64,000 nucleotides of DNA, taken from positions 187,187 to 251,186 of the forward strand of contig CP011215.1 in NCBI GenBank assembly GCA_001029775.1, written 5' to 3'. The notes beneath the pieces were generated by a model. The model was given only the letters and a program-made list of their open reading frames with translations, did no database searches and was not told where the DNA came from. The stretch's first letter is position 1; each line of letters opens with the position of its first letter. The DNA is from Candidatus Campbellbacteria bacterium GW2011_OD1_34_28. GTDB taxonomy: Bacteria > Patescibacteriota > Minisyncoccia > Phycocordibacterales > UBA12079. The translations under genes were made by a program, and so were the position numbers. Positions 1 to 10,042 of the stretch are shown here, piece by piece.

Positions 1-5
1 TAATT

Positions 6-37
6 AAAAACAATCCGCCAACCGGTGGATTGTTTTT
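6..37. terminator. Bidirectional rho-independent terminator: hairpin CAATCCGCC/GGTGGATTG flanked by A5 and T5 runs.
   Basis: Inverted repeat at 11-19 and 24-32 with flanking A-run and T-run read directly; lies downstream of the minus-strand ABC ATPase gene. Confidence 0.5.
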
Positions 38-61
38 GTGTTCAAATCTTAAATATACACC

Positions 62-799
62 CTATTCTCCCAAATAAGCTTCTATAACATCTTTATTTTT
101 CAAAACCTTTTCTGGTTCACCCTCTGCCAACAACTTTCCGCTCTCCATTACAAAAACATAGTCACACAATTCACGAATCAAACCCATGTCGTGTTCTATC
201 AAAACAACCGTTTTCCCGTGCGTTCTCAATTCTTTGATTATCCCAGAAACCAATTTAACCATCTCTGGAAAAAGTCCGGCAAAAGGCTCATCAAAAAAAT
301 ATATTTCACTATTCATTGCCAAAGCTCGGGCAATTTCTAAAAGTTTTCTTTGTCCATAAGAAAGGTTGATTGCCAATTCATTTTTCTTTTCCCACAGACC
401 CACTCTCTCTAAAACTTCTTTTGCTTTTTCGTGATGAATTTTTTTGTGTCTTTCAAACAAAGCACTGACTATATTTCTTTCGGTTAAAACGACCAAAATA
501 TTATCCAAAACAGTCATTTGTTCAAAAAGACGGACATCTTGAAAAGTCCTCGTTATTCCAAAAGCAGGGATATCGTAGGATCTAATTTTTTTAATTCCAG
601 AAACACCATCAACAGCAACAAATCCTCCGTCAAAAGGAAACATCCCTGTTAACAAATTCATCAAAGTTGTTTTTCCAGACCCGTTTGGGCCAATCAAACC
701 TGTAATTTTTCCTTTTTCAATTTCAACAGACAAACCATCAACAGCTTTTACTCCGTCAAAATGTTTAATTATTTTTTTTGTTTTTAAAATTGAATTCAT
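62..799 (-). CDS. livG: Branched-chain amino acid ABC transporter ATP-binding protein (LivG/LivF-like).
   Basis: Walker A GPNGSGKTT, ABC signature LSYGQRKLLEIARAL, Walker B IYFFDEP; last gene of a permease-permease-ATPase operon on the minus strand. Confidence 0.8.
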   Translation of the reverse strand: MNSILKTKKIIKHFDGVKAVDGLSVEIEKGKITGLIGPNGSGKTTLMNLLTGMFPFDGGFVAVDGVSGIKKIRSYDIPAFGITRTFQDVRLFEQMTVLDNILVVLTERNIVSALFERHKKIHHEKAKEVLERVGLWEKKNELAINLSYGQRKLLEIARALAMNSEIYFFDEPFAGLFPEMVKLVSGIIKELRTHGKTVVLIEHDMGLIRELCDYVFVMESGKLLAEGEPEKVLKNKDVIEAYLGE

Positions 800-848
800 A
801 GACGACTTATTTATCTTTATAACTTTACAAACTTTTTACTTTAAACTT

Positions 849-1715
849 TTAAAGATCATATTCTCCCAAAAATCCTTTTGGTCTATAAAGCATCAACAAA
901 ACCAGAATCAAACCATAGACAACCTGTCGCATTTGAGCAGCGATATCAGACGGAAAACCAACAAATCTTAACGCCTCGGGCAACAAGATCAAAAATAGTG
1001 CTCCCAACAAAACACCTCTCATATTTGCCAATCCTCCGATAATAATAATTGTCAAAATAAAAATTGATTCTATTATATAAAAGGAGGACGGATCAATAAA
1101 TGTTATATAAGAAGCAAACAAAGACCCTGCGACAGAAGCCATCCCTGCGCTAATAACGAAAATCGCCAATTTGTAAAACTGTGTATTATATCCAAAAACC
1201 TGAATTGCTTTTTCATCTTCACGAATAGCTTTTAAAACACGGCCAAAAGAAGAATTTATTATAAATTTTGAAATAAAATATATTAAACCAGCAAAAAGTA
1301 TTGCTAAAACAAAATAAGAGATATTTGATGAAAAACTAAAACCAAATAATTCGGGTCTACTTATTCCAGGAATACCTAAAGGACCTTTGGTCAAATCCTG
1401 CCAATTTAAAAAAGCACTGAATACAATTATATTAAATCCCAAAGAAGCCAGTGCATAATAGTCATCTTTAAATTTGCTCAAAACAATCCCTACCAAAAAA
1501 GCCGTAATCATAGTTACAAAAATACCCAAAATAACAGAGCTAAAAAAACCAAACCCTGTTTGAGTTAGCAAAATTGCCGTTGTATAAGCTCCAATACCAT
1601 AAAAAGCTGCGTGAGTAACAGACAACAACCCTGTATATCCAACAAGTAAATTCAAACCAGCGCCAAGAATCACATATATGGCAAACAATATTCCTAAGTG
1701 TATAAAATAATCCAT
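849..1715 (-). CDS. livM: Branched-chain amino acid ABC transporter permease (LivM-like).
   Basis: Polytopic hydrophobic 288 aa protein lying between the LivH-like and LivG-like genes; typical LivM length and position. Confidence 0.7.
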   Translation of the reverse strand: MDYFIHLGILFAIYVILGAGLNLLVGYTGLLSVTHAAFYGIGAYTTAILLTQTGFGFFSSVILGIFVTMITAFLVGIVLSKFKDDYYALASLGFNIIVFSAFLNWQDLTKGPLGIPGISRPELFGFSFSSNISYFVLAILFAGLIYFISKFIINSSFGRVLKAIREDEKAIQVFGYNTQFYKLAIFVISAGMASVAGSLFASYITFIDPSSFYIIESIFILTIIIIGGLANMRGVLLGALFLILLPEALRFVGFPSDIAAQMRQVVYGLILVLLMLYRPKGFLGEYDL

Positions 1716-1796
1716 TGTTTTAAAAAATAATTTTTATTCTTTTTTCTTCTGATTCTTTCATAAATCCTAAATCTTACATCTTAAATCTTCTTATTT

Positions 1797-2708
1797 TTAT
1801 TTTTTGAATATCCCTCGTGGGCGGAATAGCAAGAAAAGTATCAACACAACAAAAGCAATCGCGTCTTTCCATTCACCCGACAATTTCCAGATTCCAAAAT
1901 TTTCAACAAATCCTAAAAATAATGCCCCCAACACTCCCCCGTAGACATTTCCGATTCCACCGATTATAGAAGCAATCACTCCTTTCAAAATAAGTTTAAG
2001 ACCCATTGTAGGTTCTATTCCTGTATCAAAACCAATCAATATACCTGCCAAGCCAGCGATCGCCGATCCAATAAAAAACACTCCGGCAATAATTTTGTTT
2101 GTATTGATACCGACTATTTTTGCGACCTCTTCATCATCACCAATAGCTTTCACAGCTTTTCCAAATTTTGTCTTGTTCAGCATCACTGTCAAAGCAATCA
2201 TAATAACAACAGCACAAATAAAAATAACAATTTGTGTTTGAGTAACTATCCCGCCAAAAATATTGTAAACATTTGCAGTAACACTTTGAGAAAGCGTCTT
2301 AAATTGACTCGAAAACAAAATTGCCGTCACTGCTTGCAACACTGTAAAAACACCCAGAGAAGCAATCAACAAAACCATATTAGATGCTTTTTTCTTGCGC
2401 AAATTTTGATAGACAAATCTATTGACCAGCAATCCCACAACACCAGCAGACAAAACCCCTAGAGCAGCAGCCAAGAAAATGTTTAATCCTATTATTTTTG
2501 TAAAATAAAATGTTGCATAGGCACCAATAACAATCATCGCCCCATATCCCAAATCAAAAAATTTTACAACTCCAAAAATAAGATTGAAACCAAGCGCAAT
2601 CAAAGCATAAATAGAGCCGGCTATTAAACTATTTAAAATTAACTGAATAAAAATCTCCATAATTATGAATATAAGTATAACAAATATAGATAAACAAACA
2701 AAAATCAC
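1797..2708 (-). CDS. livH: Branched-chain amino acid ABC transporter permease (LivH-like).
   Basis: 303 aa polytopic membrane protein, first gene of the permease-permease-ATPase operon. Confidence 0.7.
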   Translation of the reverse strand: MIFVCLSIFVILIFIIMEIFIQLILNSLIAGSIYALIALGFNLIFGVVKFFDLGYGAMIVIGAYATFYFTKIIGLNIFLAAALGVLSAGVVGLLVNRFVYQNLRKKKASNMVLLIASLGVFTVLQAVTAILFSSQFKTLSQSVTANVYNIFGGIVTQTQIVIFICAVVIMIALTVMLNKTKFGKAVKAIGDDEEVAKIVGINTNKIIAGVFFIGSAIAGLAGILIGFDTGIEPTMGLKLILKGVIASIIGGIGNVYGGVLGALFLGFVENFGIWKLSGEWKDAIAFVVLILFLLFRPRGIFKK

Positions 2709-2729
2709 CCGTACGGGTGATTTTTTGTT

Positions 2730-3464
2730 TTATCTCTCTGACGAACTTCTCCACATAACATCAAAAATACTTTTTAAAGAATCAAAAATATTTTTACTTT
2801 CTATAATAAGGCCTATCTCTTCTGTATAAGAAATAATATTTATTTTATTAGCCCCATAAAGAATTATTTCTACTTTAACATTGAAACCCTCATCGTCTAC
2901 AAACCTTGTTTCCTTCAAATATTTGGCGTCTTCTTTTGAAAGCTCTATATTAAATTTTGTTTTAGGTGCCAGTGCTTTTATCCAAATTTTATTCTTTACT
3001 CTTGCTGGCATATAGACTTCGGTAAAAAAATCCTTTCCCAGCCAGTAAACCTGATCTGGAAACCACCCCGCAAGCTCTGTTTTGGGGTATTTTAATGTTT
3101 CTTTAAAAACCTCTTTGATCCCCTCTTTTCCTTCAAAAAATCTTATTTTGGGTTTTTTATCAATCAAATTACTAAAAGACAACAATTCGGGCATTATTTT
3201 TTTTATTGTTTCTCTTCTTTCTTCCTCTTTTTCCTGAATTTTTCTTGGATCTTCTGCAAAAAACAATGTCTTATTTTTCCTTTTAATTGAACTTGCCAAT
3301 CCCTTTTCTTTCAAAGAATTAATTGAAAGATATACTGTCGTTCGCTTGACTTTTGACTTCTCAGAAATACGAGCAATTGTTGATTCGCTCAATTCCAACA
3401 ATGCCAAATATACCTTTGATTCATTCTCGGTTAAACCTATTTTCTTTAAATCATCATTAATCAT
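2730..3464 (-). CDS. TrmB-family winged-HTH transcriptional regulator (paralog 1). The true start is probably the ATG at 3464 (MINDDLKK), not 3515.
   Basis: N-terminal motif LTENESKVYLALLEL...TIARISEKSKVKRTTVY matches the TrmB wHTH. Paralogs at 6323 and 8388 align from this Met. Confidence 0.65.
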   Translation of the reverse strand: MINDDLKKIGLTENESKVYLALLELSESTIARISEKSKVKRTTVYLSINSLKEKGLASSIKRKNKTLFFAEDPRKIQEKEEERRETIKKIMPELLSFSNLIDKKPKIRFFEGKEGIKEVFKETLKYPKTELAGWFPDQVYWLGKDFFTEVYMPARVKNKIWIKALAPKTKFNIELSKEDAKYLKETRFVDDEGFNVKVEIILYGANKINIISYTEEIGLIIESKNIFDSLKSIFDVMWRSSSER

Positions 3465-3663
3465 ATAAATTTTGTTAGCATTTGTGTCAACAAATATATA
3501 GTAACAAAACCACAAAAAAAGTCAATATTAAAGCCATTTTAAATTGTTAGAAAGTAAAAATAATAAAAAAATTGACACAATTTATACCATACTTGACACC
3601 GTATGCTAAACTATTGTCAAGTTAATAACTTAAATTAGTAGTTAATAAATAAATACAAATTTT

Positions 3664-4818
3664 ATGAGTAACAAAATTAAATGGGTAATCGGAATAATTG
3701 TCTTAATTGCGATAGTTTGGTTTGGATATCTAAACAAGACAAACAATTCTGACACATCAAACGAAACAATTAAAATCGGCTATATCGGCCCTATGACAGG
3801 AGGAGTTGCAATATTAGGGACAGAAGCTCTTGGTTCAATAGAAGTTGCTGTTGAAAAAGCAAACGCAAATGGTGGTATAGACGGAAAAATGATAGAAATT
3901 ATTGCAGAAGATGATCAATACGACACAGCAAAATCTGTAACAGCATACGAAAAACTAACAAAGACAGACAAAGTTGAAACAATAATAATGTCTACTTATG
4001 GAGGAGTTATGGCAGTTGCAGAAAAAGCAAAAAAAGACAATGTTCTTATAATTGACTCTCTTGACTGTGACGAAGATATTGCAAATTTGAACGACAATAT
4101 ATTCTGTATAGCAAAGGAAACAAAAGACTTAGCAGATGTAATTGCTGACGAAGCAATAAAGAAAGGTTATAAAAACATTGCAATAGTTCACGCAACCAAC
4201 GACAATTTTATGCAAAGTGTCGCAGATGCATTTGTAAGCAGAGTAGGAAATAAAGCTGTTTTTCAAGTAGAAAGTTACACACCTCAAACAACAGACTTTA
4301 AAACACCTTTGTTAAAGATTAAAGATAAAAATGTTGATGCAGTTGTTTTCCTTGGATACGACGAAATAGGAATTGCAATAAAACAAGCAAAAGAATTAGG
4401 ATTGGACAAACCTTACCTTACAATTCCTTCTGTTGCGACAACACCTTCAATTCAAGACGCATCTAAAGGAGCAATTGATGGAATTTACTTTTCATTCTAT
4501 GCACCATTAGAAACAAATCCTGTTGCAACAAAGTTTTATCAAGATTTTGAAGCAAAATTTGGTCACACACCATACGTATTCGTTGCAAGTGATCAGGCTT
4601 ATGACACTGCTCAAATACTGATCAATGAAGTGTTACCAAAAGTTACAGGAAAAACACAAGAAAAGAGAATCGCTCAAAAGATTGATTTACTACAAGATGT
4701 AAAAAATTACAAAGGAGTAACAGGCAATCTAACAATGAAAGATGATGGAAGAATAAACGGAATTTTGATTAGATTGTTCCAACTTGAAAACATGACTCCA
4801 GTCTATGTAGGAAATTAA
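3664..4818 (+). CDS. Periplasmic/extracytoplasmic substrate-binding protein, Leu/Ile/Val-binding (LivK) family, N-terminally membrane anchored (SBP1).
   Basis: N-terminal TM helix, then IKIGYIGPMTGG...ANGGIDGKMIEIIAEDDQYD, typical of LivK/LivJ type I SBPs. Confidence 0.75.
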   Translation: MSNKIKWVIGIIVLIAIVWFGYLNKTNNSDTSNETIKIGYIGPMTGGVAILGTEALGSIEVAVEKANANGGIDGKMIEIIAEDDQYDTAKSVTAYEKLTKTDKVETIIMSTYGGVMAVAEKAKKDNVLIIDSLDCDEDIANLNDNIFCIAKETKDLADVIADEAIKKGYKNIAIVHATNDNFMQSVADAFVSRVGNKAVFQVESYTPQTTDFKTPLLKIKDKNVDAVVFLGYDEIGIAIKQAKELGLDKPYLTIPSVATTPSIQDASKGAIDGIYFSFYAPLETNPVATKFYQDFEAKFGHTPYVFVASDQAYDTAQILINEVLPKVTGKTQEKRIAQKIDLLQDVKNYKGVTGNLTMKDDGRINGILIRLFQLENMTPVYVGN

Positions 4819-4914
4819 AAACACAAAACAAAAAATCACCCGTAATGGTGATTTTTTGTTTAACATAAACTTTACGAACTTTATAAACTTTTAACTTTAC
4901 AAACTCTGTTCGTT

Positions 4915-6036
4915 CTATTTCAACACCTCTGCTTTTCCTCCTTTAATGATCATTACATTCGCCTGTGTTGTCTTTAGATCCCCTACCTCATCAAATTCAA
5001 TTGTTGGTGTAGAAATGCCTGGTATACTCAATTTAGACAAAGCAGTTTTAATATCTTCTTTGTTTGTTCCTGCTATTTTCATAGCACCTTCAAAAGCCTT
5101 AATCGTGTCGTATCCAATAGGAGCAACATTGTTTACTTCCATGTTTTCTTTTCCTGGCAAAGTTTTGATTTTTTGAACAAAATCTTCTGGTTTATCAAAC
5201 TTTCCCACTGTATACATCATACCTTCTGCTCCGGCACTACTCACAACCTCTTCTCCTGCAAGAGCATCAGCTCCAAGGACAGGAATACCCAAAGCCAAAT
5301 CTTTCATTTGTTTCAATCCTGCCACTGCATTTCCTGGATAACCCAAGAAATATAGGATTTCCGCTTCTGATGCTTTTACCTTACCAATTTGCGTTCTCAA
5401 ATCATTTGTATCTTGTGAAATACCTTCATTGTAAACGATTTGTCCTCCCAATTCTTCAAATCTTTTAATAAAAGATCCATCCAATCCTTGTCCCCAATCA
5501 TTCTTTACATAAATAATTGCTACTTTCTTTTTTCCTAGATCATTAAATACATAGTCTGCACCAAACTTTCCTTGGAAAGAATCTGATGGATATGTTCTAA
5601 AAATATAATCTCCGATGGCTGTTAAATCTGGAGCAGAAGCCAAGATTATAGAAGGAATCCCTTTTTCTTGTACTATCGGCAAAACTGGTCCACCAACAGA
5701 AGAACACACTGGTCCCGCAATAACATCTACTTTATCGATGTTAATTAGTTTGTTTATTGCGCTCACTCCTGCTGTTGAATCACATTGATCATCTTCAATG
5801 ACAAATTCAATCATACGACCATCAACACCCCCAGCGTCATTTATTTCTTTCTTTGCCAATTCAGCACCAGCCAAGAAATTTTCTCCCCAGCTAGCAGCTT
5901 CTCCAGAAAGAGGAGCCAAGATACCCACCTTTATTGGTCCGTCGTTCTCGTTTCCTTTGTTAAAAGAAGAATATCCAAACCAAATCACCGCAACCAAGAT
6001 AATTATTCCAACTATCCATTTCATTGTATTGTCCAT
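4915..6036 (-). CDS. LivK-family substrate-binding protein (SBP2), membrane anchored.
   Basis: IKVGILAPLSGEAASWGENFLAGAELAKKEINDAGGVDGRMIEFVIEDDQCD ... DVIAGPVCSS; classic LivK motifs. Confidence 0.8.
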   Translation of the reverse strand: MDNTMKWIVGIIILVAVIWFGYSSFNKGNENDGPIKVGILAPLSGEAASWGENFLAGAELAKKEINDAGGVDGRMIEFVIEDDQCDSTAGVSAINKLINIDKVDVIAGPVCSSVGGPVLPIVQEKGIPSIILASAPDLTAIGDYIFRTYPSDSFQGKFGADYVFNDLGKKKVAIIYVKNDWGQGLDGSFIKRFEELGGQIVYNEGISQDTNDLRTQIGKVKASEAEILYFLGYPGNAVAGLKQMKDLALGIPVLGADALAGEEVVSSAGAEGMMYTVGKFDKPEDFVQKIKTLPGKENMEVNNVAPIGYDTIKAFEGAMKIAGTNKEDIKTALSKLSIPGISTPTIEFDEVGDLKTTQANVMIIKGGKAEVLK

Positions 6037-6264
6037 ATTTTAAATTTTTTAAATAATAAAACTAATAATTTTCCTTAATAATAACAAGGTTTTTTGTTTT
6101 TACAAAAATACCCGTTGTTGTTATTCAAATTTTTAAATTTGAACGAAATGAAAAATCTGATTATTTTTCATTTATATTTATAATCTATCAAATAAAAATC
6201 ATAGTGTCATAATACAAAACATTGACAAACTATGTCGGGGTGTGTTGATTAAAATAATCAAAAA

Positions 6265-6293
6265 TTGACAAAAAATCCTTATTTTTATATGAT
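6265..6293 (+). promoter_or_regulatory. Sigma70-like promoter for TrmB paralog 2: -35 TTGACA, 17-nt spacer, -10 TATGAT. The motif AAAAATCCTTATTT recurs upstream of paralog 3 (8318-8331).
   Basis: TTGACA at 6265-6270 and TATGAT at 6288-6293 read directly, about 30 nt upstream of the start at 6323. Confidence 0.45.
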
Positions 6294-6322
6294 TAAAGTG
6301 TCGGTACAATTTCCACAACATT

Positions 6323-7087
6323 ATGTTAAACAAACTTTTTGAACAACTAAATTTTTCGGACAAAGAATCTCTTGTGTATTTGGCATTGTTAGAAATTTCT
6401 TCTGGAAAGGTCCGAGAAATCTCCAAAAAAACAGGTTTAAATAGAACCACAGTTTACGATATTTGCGATGCGTTGCTACAAAAAGGCCTTATTAGTAAAT
6501 ACAAAAAGGGTTCGGGAACTTATTTCAATGCCCTTGATCCAAAAAGTCTCCTTAATTATCTAGAAAGAGAAAAAGAAGAACATATTAAAAATACTGAGAA
6601 ACAAAAAGAAAAAGTATCCGAGCTTCTCCCCCAACTTATTTCTATTCAAAATATTTATAGCCAGACGAAACCTCGTGTTCAGTTTTTTGAAGGAGAAAAA
6701 GGAATTCGCGAGGCATATGAAAACACATTAACCAGTAGTGAAATTATTTTAGCCTTTGGAAATGCCGATACAATGCACAAAGGATTACCAAACTTTTTTC
6801 CGGAATATTACAAAAGAAGAGCAAAAAACAAAATTTTCATCCGCGCTGTCGTACCGAGAAACAAAATGTCTGTAGAAAGATCAAAACACAATCAAGAAGA
6901 AATGCGTGATACCCGTTTTTTACCTGAAAAAGAAATGACATTTTCACCTGAAGTAAATATTTATGACAATAAAATGTTAATTGTTTCTTGGGAAGAAAAA
7001 ATGGCAATTTTAATAGAATCAAAAGAGTTAGCTCACCTCCAAAAACTTACATTCAATTTACTTTGGGATACATTACCCAGAAATTAA
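6323..7087 (+). CDS. TrmB-family transcriptional regulator (paralog 2).
   Basis: NFSDKESLVYLALLEISSGKVREISKKTGLNRTTVYDICDALLQKGLI, a wHTH; paralogous to 2730 and 8388. Confidence 0.65.
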   Translation: MLNKLFEQLNFSDKESLVYLALLEISSGKVREISKKTGLNRTTVYDICDALLQKGLISKYKKGSGTYFNALDPKSLLNYLEREKEEHIKNTEKQKEKVSELLPQLISIQNIYSQTKPRVQFFEGEKGIREAYENTLTSSEIILAFGNADTMHKGLPNFFPEYYKRRAKNKIFIRAVVPRNKMSVERSKHNQEEMRDTRFLPEKEMTFSPEVNIYDNKMLIVSWEEKMAILIESKELAHLQKLTFNLLWDTLPRN

Positions 7088-7180
7088 AATTGTAGGCGGT
7101 CCGACCGCCAAAAAAAGAATCGCTTTTTTTAATCTTTTTAGATTGGTGTATTGGAAATTTTTAAACTAAAATGACAAAAT

Positions 7181-8236
7181 TTATGGTTGTTTTACAAATC
7201 TTCCATCTATGACTTTAAACACATCGTACTGTATTCCCGACCTATCCCCATCTTCATCAAAAATAAATTCACCACTAACACCAGAAAAATTTATATCGGC
7301 TAAACTTTTTTTCTCTTCAACAGACTTTATCAAAGCTATCGCACCATCATAGGCATAAATACTATAAGCAGAAGGTTCTACTCCAAACATATCCTTGTAT
7401 TTTTTATCAAAAACACTAGTATCGGGAGAATTCGCCAAAAAAGTAATGACTCCTTCTGCAAGATCACCGGAATTATTTAAGATTTTATCATCTTTAAAAG
7501 TTTCAGAGGTTATTATATTTGCATCAATATTTAATTCGTGTATTTGTTTCAACAACAAGGGATATTCATTTTCTCTAGCCACTAAAACAATTGTATCTGG
7601 ATTAACACTTTTTATTTTTAAGAGACTTGTCCTAAAATCGCTTGTTCCCGGTTTAAACAACTCACTTTTTAAGCTATTGGTATTATTTTCAATAATCTCT
7701 TTTATCCCAATTCCATAAGTTTCATTCACATACAAACCAACAACCCGTTCTGATTCAAGAACATTATTGATATAATCGACCATCTTTACACCTTGGTATG
7801 AATCAGAAGGAACTGAACGAAAAATGTAATCATTATTTTTTGTAAGATTTGGTGCAGAAGCCAAAGTAATCATTAAAATTTTCTCTTTATTTTTTACAAC
7901 AGGAATAATTGAAGAAGTTGCTCCACTTCCCTGTGCCGAAAGAATATAATTTACCTTATCAATATCTATTAATTTATTTATAACAGAAACCGCTTTTGAG
8001 GATTCCGCCCCATCGTCTTCATAAATTACTTGATATTTTTCTTTTTGAGGATCTTTTTCACTAAAAGCCAGTTCAATGGCATTTTTCATGGGAACACCAT
8101 AACTAGCATAGTCTCCACTAAAGTGACCTGCAACACCTATTTTAATAACACTTTCATCTTTAGTCTGAATCAACAAAAAGGTAGCAAATACGATCAAGAT
8201 CACCATTAATAATATTTTTAGAGATTTATTTAACAT
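7181..8236 (-). CDS. LivK-family substrate-binding protein (SBP3), membrane anchored.
   Basis: IKIGVAGHFSGDYASYGVPMKNAIELAF...YEDDGAESSKAVSVINKLID; same fold family as SBP1 and SBP2. Confidence 0.7.
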   Translation of the reverse strand: MLNKSLKILLMVILIVFATFLLIQTKDESVIKIGVAGHFSGDYASYGVPMKNAIELAFSEKDPQKEKYQVIYEDDGAESSKAVSVINKLIDIDKVNYILSAQGSGATSSIIPVVKNKEKILMITLASAPNLTKNNDYIFRSVPSDSYQGVKMVDYINNVLESERVVGLYVNETYGIGIKEIIENNTNSLKSELFKPGTSDFRTSLLKIKSVNPDTIVLVARENEYPLLLKQIHELNIDANIITSETFKDDKILNNSGDLAEGVITFLANSPDTSVFDKKYKDMFGVEPSAYSIYAYDGAIALIKSVEEKKSLADINFSGVSGEFIFDEDGDRSGIQYDVFKVIDGRFVKQP

Positions 8237-8387
8237 AAAATAATTTTGTTAATATTTATAAAGATATTCAAATAATAAGAAAATACAAGGAATTGTAAAT
8301 ATTTATAAACATTATTTTTTTAAAAATCCTTATTTGTCAACATATTTAAAAGATGTTAAAATAACTGTAAATAATTTTTACAACAAC

Positions 8388-9113
8388 ATGATAAAAGAAA
8401 TTGTAGAAAATTTTGATTTAAGCGAGAAAGAAGCCTTGGTTTATTTGGCGAATCTTAAAAAAGGTAAAAGCAAAGTAAGTGATATTGCGAAGGAATCTGG
8501 CTTAAACAGGATTACAACTTATGAAATATTAAAAAGACTTTCACAAAAAGGGCTAGCAAACGGAATAACTTATAATAAACTTACCTATTTCAAAGTAATA
8601 GACCCTGAATCTTTTCTGATAAAAAAAGAGCGACAGATATCTTTGGCAAAAAAATTTATACCTCAATTAAAAATACTTAAAGATTCCAAAACTAAAAAAC
8701 CAAAAATAGACTTTTTCACAGGAATAGAAGGGATAAAATCGATTTATGAGGACACTCTTAAATCAAAAAATAAAGTTATTTATAATGTTACAAATGTAAC
8801 TAATCTAACAGATATTTTGGATCATGATTTTTTAAATGATTATTTCAAAAAAAGGACAAAAAGAAAGATTAAGGTTCGAGTGCTCATTTCGGAAGAAGGT
8901 GCGAACAAAGAATTGTTAGAGGATAGTAAAAAATTACTAAGAGAATATAAAATATTTGACAGTAAAAAACATAAAATTCCAAATGAATTGATGATATATG
9001 ATGACAAAGTTGCTATTCTTTCGTTTTCTGGACAAATAGGTATTTTAATAGAAGATGAAGAAATAGCAAAATCTATGTATTCAATATGGGAAATAATGTG
9101 GGAAAATTTATAA
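8388..9113 (+). CDS. TrmB-family transcriptional regulator (paralog 3). The ORF track starts at TTG 8334, but the paralog alignment supports ATG 8388 (MIKEIVENFDLSEKEALVYL).
   Basis: wHTH EKEALVYLANL...VSDIAKESGLNRITTYEILKRLSQKGL; C-terminus aligns with paralog 2. Confidence 0.6.
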   Translation: MIKEIVENFDLSEKEALVYLANLKKGKSKVSDIAKESGLNRITTYEILKRLSQKGLANGITYNKLTYFKVIDPESFLIKKERQISLAKKFIPQLKILKDSKTKKPKIDFFTGIEGIKSIYEDTLKSKNKVIYNVTNVTNLTDILDHDFLNDYFKKRTKRKIKVRVLISEEGANKELLEDSKKLLREYKIFDSKKHKIPNELMIYDDKVAILSFSGQIGILIEDEEIAKSMYSIWEIMWENL

Positions 9114-9230
9114 TTTCTCAAAAAAATTTTCCTTTATCAAAACTTCAACACCCTAGAGAACCAAAACTTTTTCCACCTCCAAAAACTTACATTCAATTTA
9201 CTTTGGGATACACTGCCCCGAAACTGAAAT
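9114..9230 (+). pseudogene. Start-less relic of a fourth TrmB-like gene 3' end (encodes ...HLQKLTFNLLWDTLPRN*).
   Basis: 9174-9212 is identical over 39 nt to 7034-7072. The next 18 nt differ only by synonymous changes (TTA>CTG, AGA>CGA, AAT>AAC, TAA>TGA). There is no in-frame start codon back to the stop of the preceding gene. Confidence 0.5.
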
Positions 9231-9286
9231 AATGGAAAAATTTAAAAAAACTGCTATAATACAACCTATTAAATAAACACAAATAT

Positions 9287-9359
9287 CGGAGTGTGGTGTA
9301 ACGGCTAACATGCCTGCTTTGGGAGCAGGTGACTCCGGGTTCGAATCCCGGCACTCCGA
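9287..9359 (+). tRNA. tRNA-Pro (anticodon TGG), no encoded CCA.
   Basis: Acceptor CGGAGTG/CACTCCG, anticodon stem CCTGC/GCAGG with loop TTTGGGA, T-arm GGGTTCGAATCCC. Confidence 0.85.
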
Positions 9360-9410
9360 CAATAATAAAAAGATCCAATATCAAATTGGGTCTTTTTATT
9401 ATTTATCTAG

Positions 9411-9555
9411 GTTGTTCGGGATTCGAACGGAACTTTTAAAAAACAAACTGCTTTGTTTTTTAAAAGTCCGTGGCTTTGGAGGAGAAGTGAGTGATGTGAG
9501 GATTTTAATCCGAACCAGCGAACGACGGAGGAAAAGGAATCCCGGCACTCCGACA
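9411..9555 (+). repeat. tRNA-Pro 3'-end-associated element. It has an inverted partial T-arm copy (GTTGTTCGGGATTCGAACGG), a 15-bp perfect internal palindrome, and an exact 19-nt direct copy of the tRNA-Pro 3' end plus 2 flanking nt (GAATCCCGGCACTCCGACA, 9537-9555; original 9343-9361).
   Basis: Direct and inverted matches read from the sequence; the same architecture recurs at the other two tRNAs. Confidence 0.6.
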
Positions 9556-9622
9556 AAAACAAACTGCACAAAAAATTCCTGACATTAATCAGGAATTTTT
9601 TGTTTTGTATAAAAGACACTTT

Positions 9623-10042
9623 TTAAAGGACAATATTTTCTAACAATTCAACTTTTGCAGTTTTGTCCTTTATGTTCAAATACACTATTACTGCTAAAAA
9701 TTTCCATTCTTTTTCCAAGTTATATCTAAAAATATAGCTTTGTATCGTTCTGGCCAGTCTTTTAAGCTTCCACGGGTGCAAATTATCCGCTGGATTACGC
9801 TGGTTTGTTACATGTGAAACGTTTTCAAAGTGCTTGCCTGCCGATAGGTAGGTTCCACGTGTAACACTTTTTACCTCAACAAAGTAAACAATGCCCTGTT
9901 TTTCAGCAATAATATCTATTTCTCCCCAAGGTTTCCAATAATTTTGCTCGATAATCTTAAAACCTTTGTCTTTCAGGTAGTTACAGGCGATACCCTCGCC
10001 TAAATCCCCTATTTTTCTTTTTTTAGTTTTCACGTGTAACAA
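9623..10042 (-). CDS. yraN: YraN/UPF0102-family predicted endonuclease (PD-(D/E)XK fold) with an internal insertion.
   Basis: GEIDIIAEKQGIVYFVEVKS core motif. The insertion (TRGTYLSAGKHF...) is encoded by DNA that contains the intergenic repeat TTCCACGTGTAACACTTTTTACC (9853-9877, identical to 11161-11183). Confidence 0.6.
   Translation of the reverse strand: MLHVKTKKRKIGDLGEGIACNYLKDKGFKIIEQNYWKPWGEIDIIAEKQGIVYFVEVKSVTRGTYLSAGKHFENVSHVTNQRNPADNLHPWKLKRLARTIQSYIFRYNLEKEWKFLAVIVYLNIKDKTAKVELLENIVL

Noticed and set aside
2232-6078. Short antisense ORFs inside the livH and SBP2 genes (2232-2462, 4946-5176, 5173-5355, 5785-6078, 5798-6043)
   Set aside because: Fully embedded antisense to well-supported genes, with low-complexity products.
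9310-9619. ORFs 9310-9582(+) and 9407-9619(-)
   Set aside because: They span the tRNA-Pro 3' end and its downstream repeat element; no coding signal.
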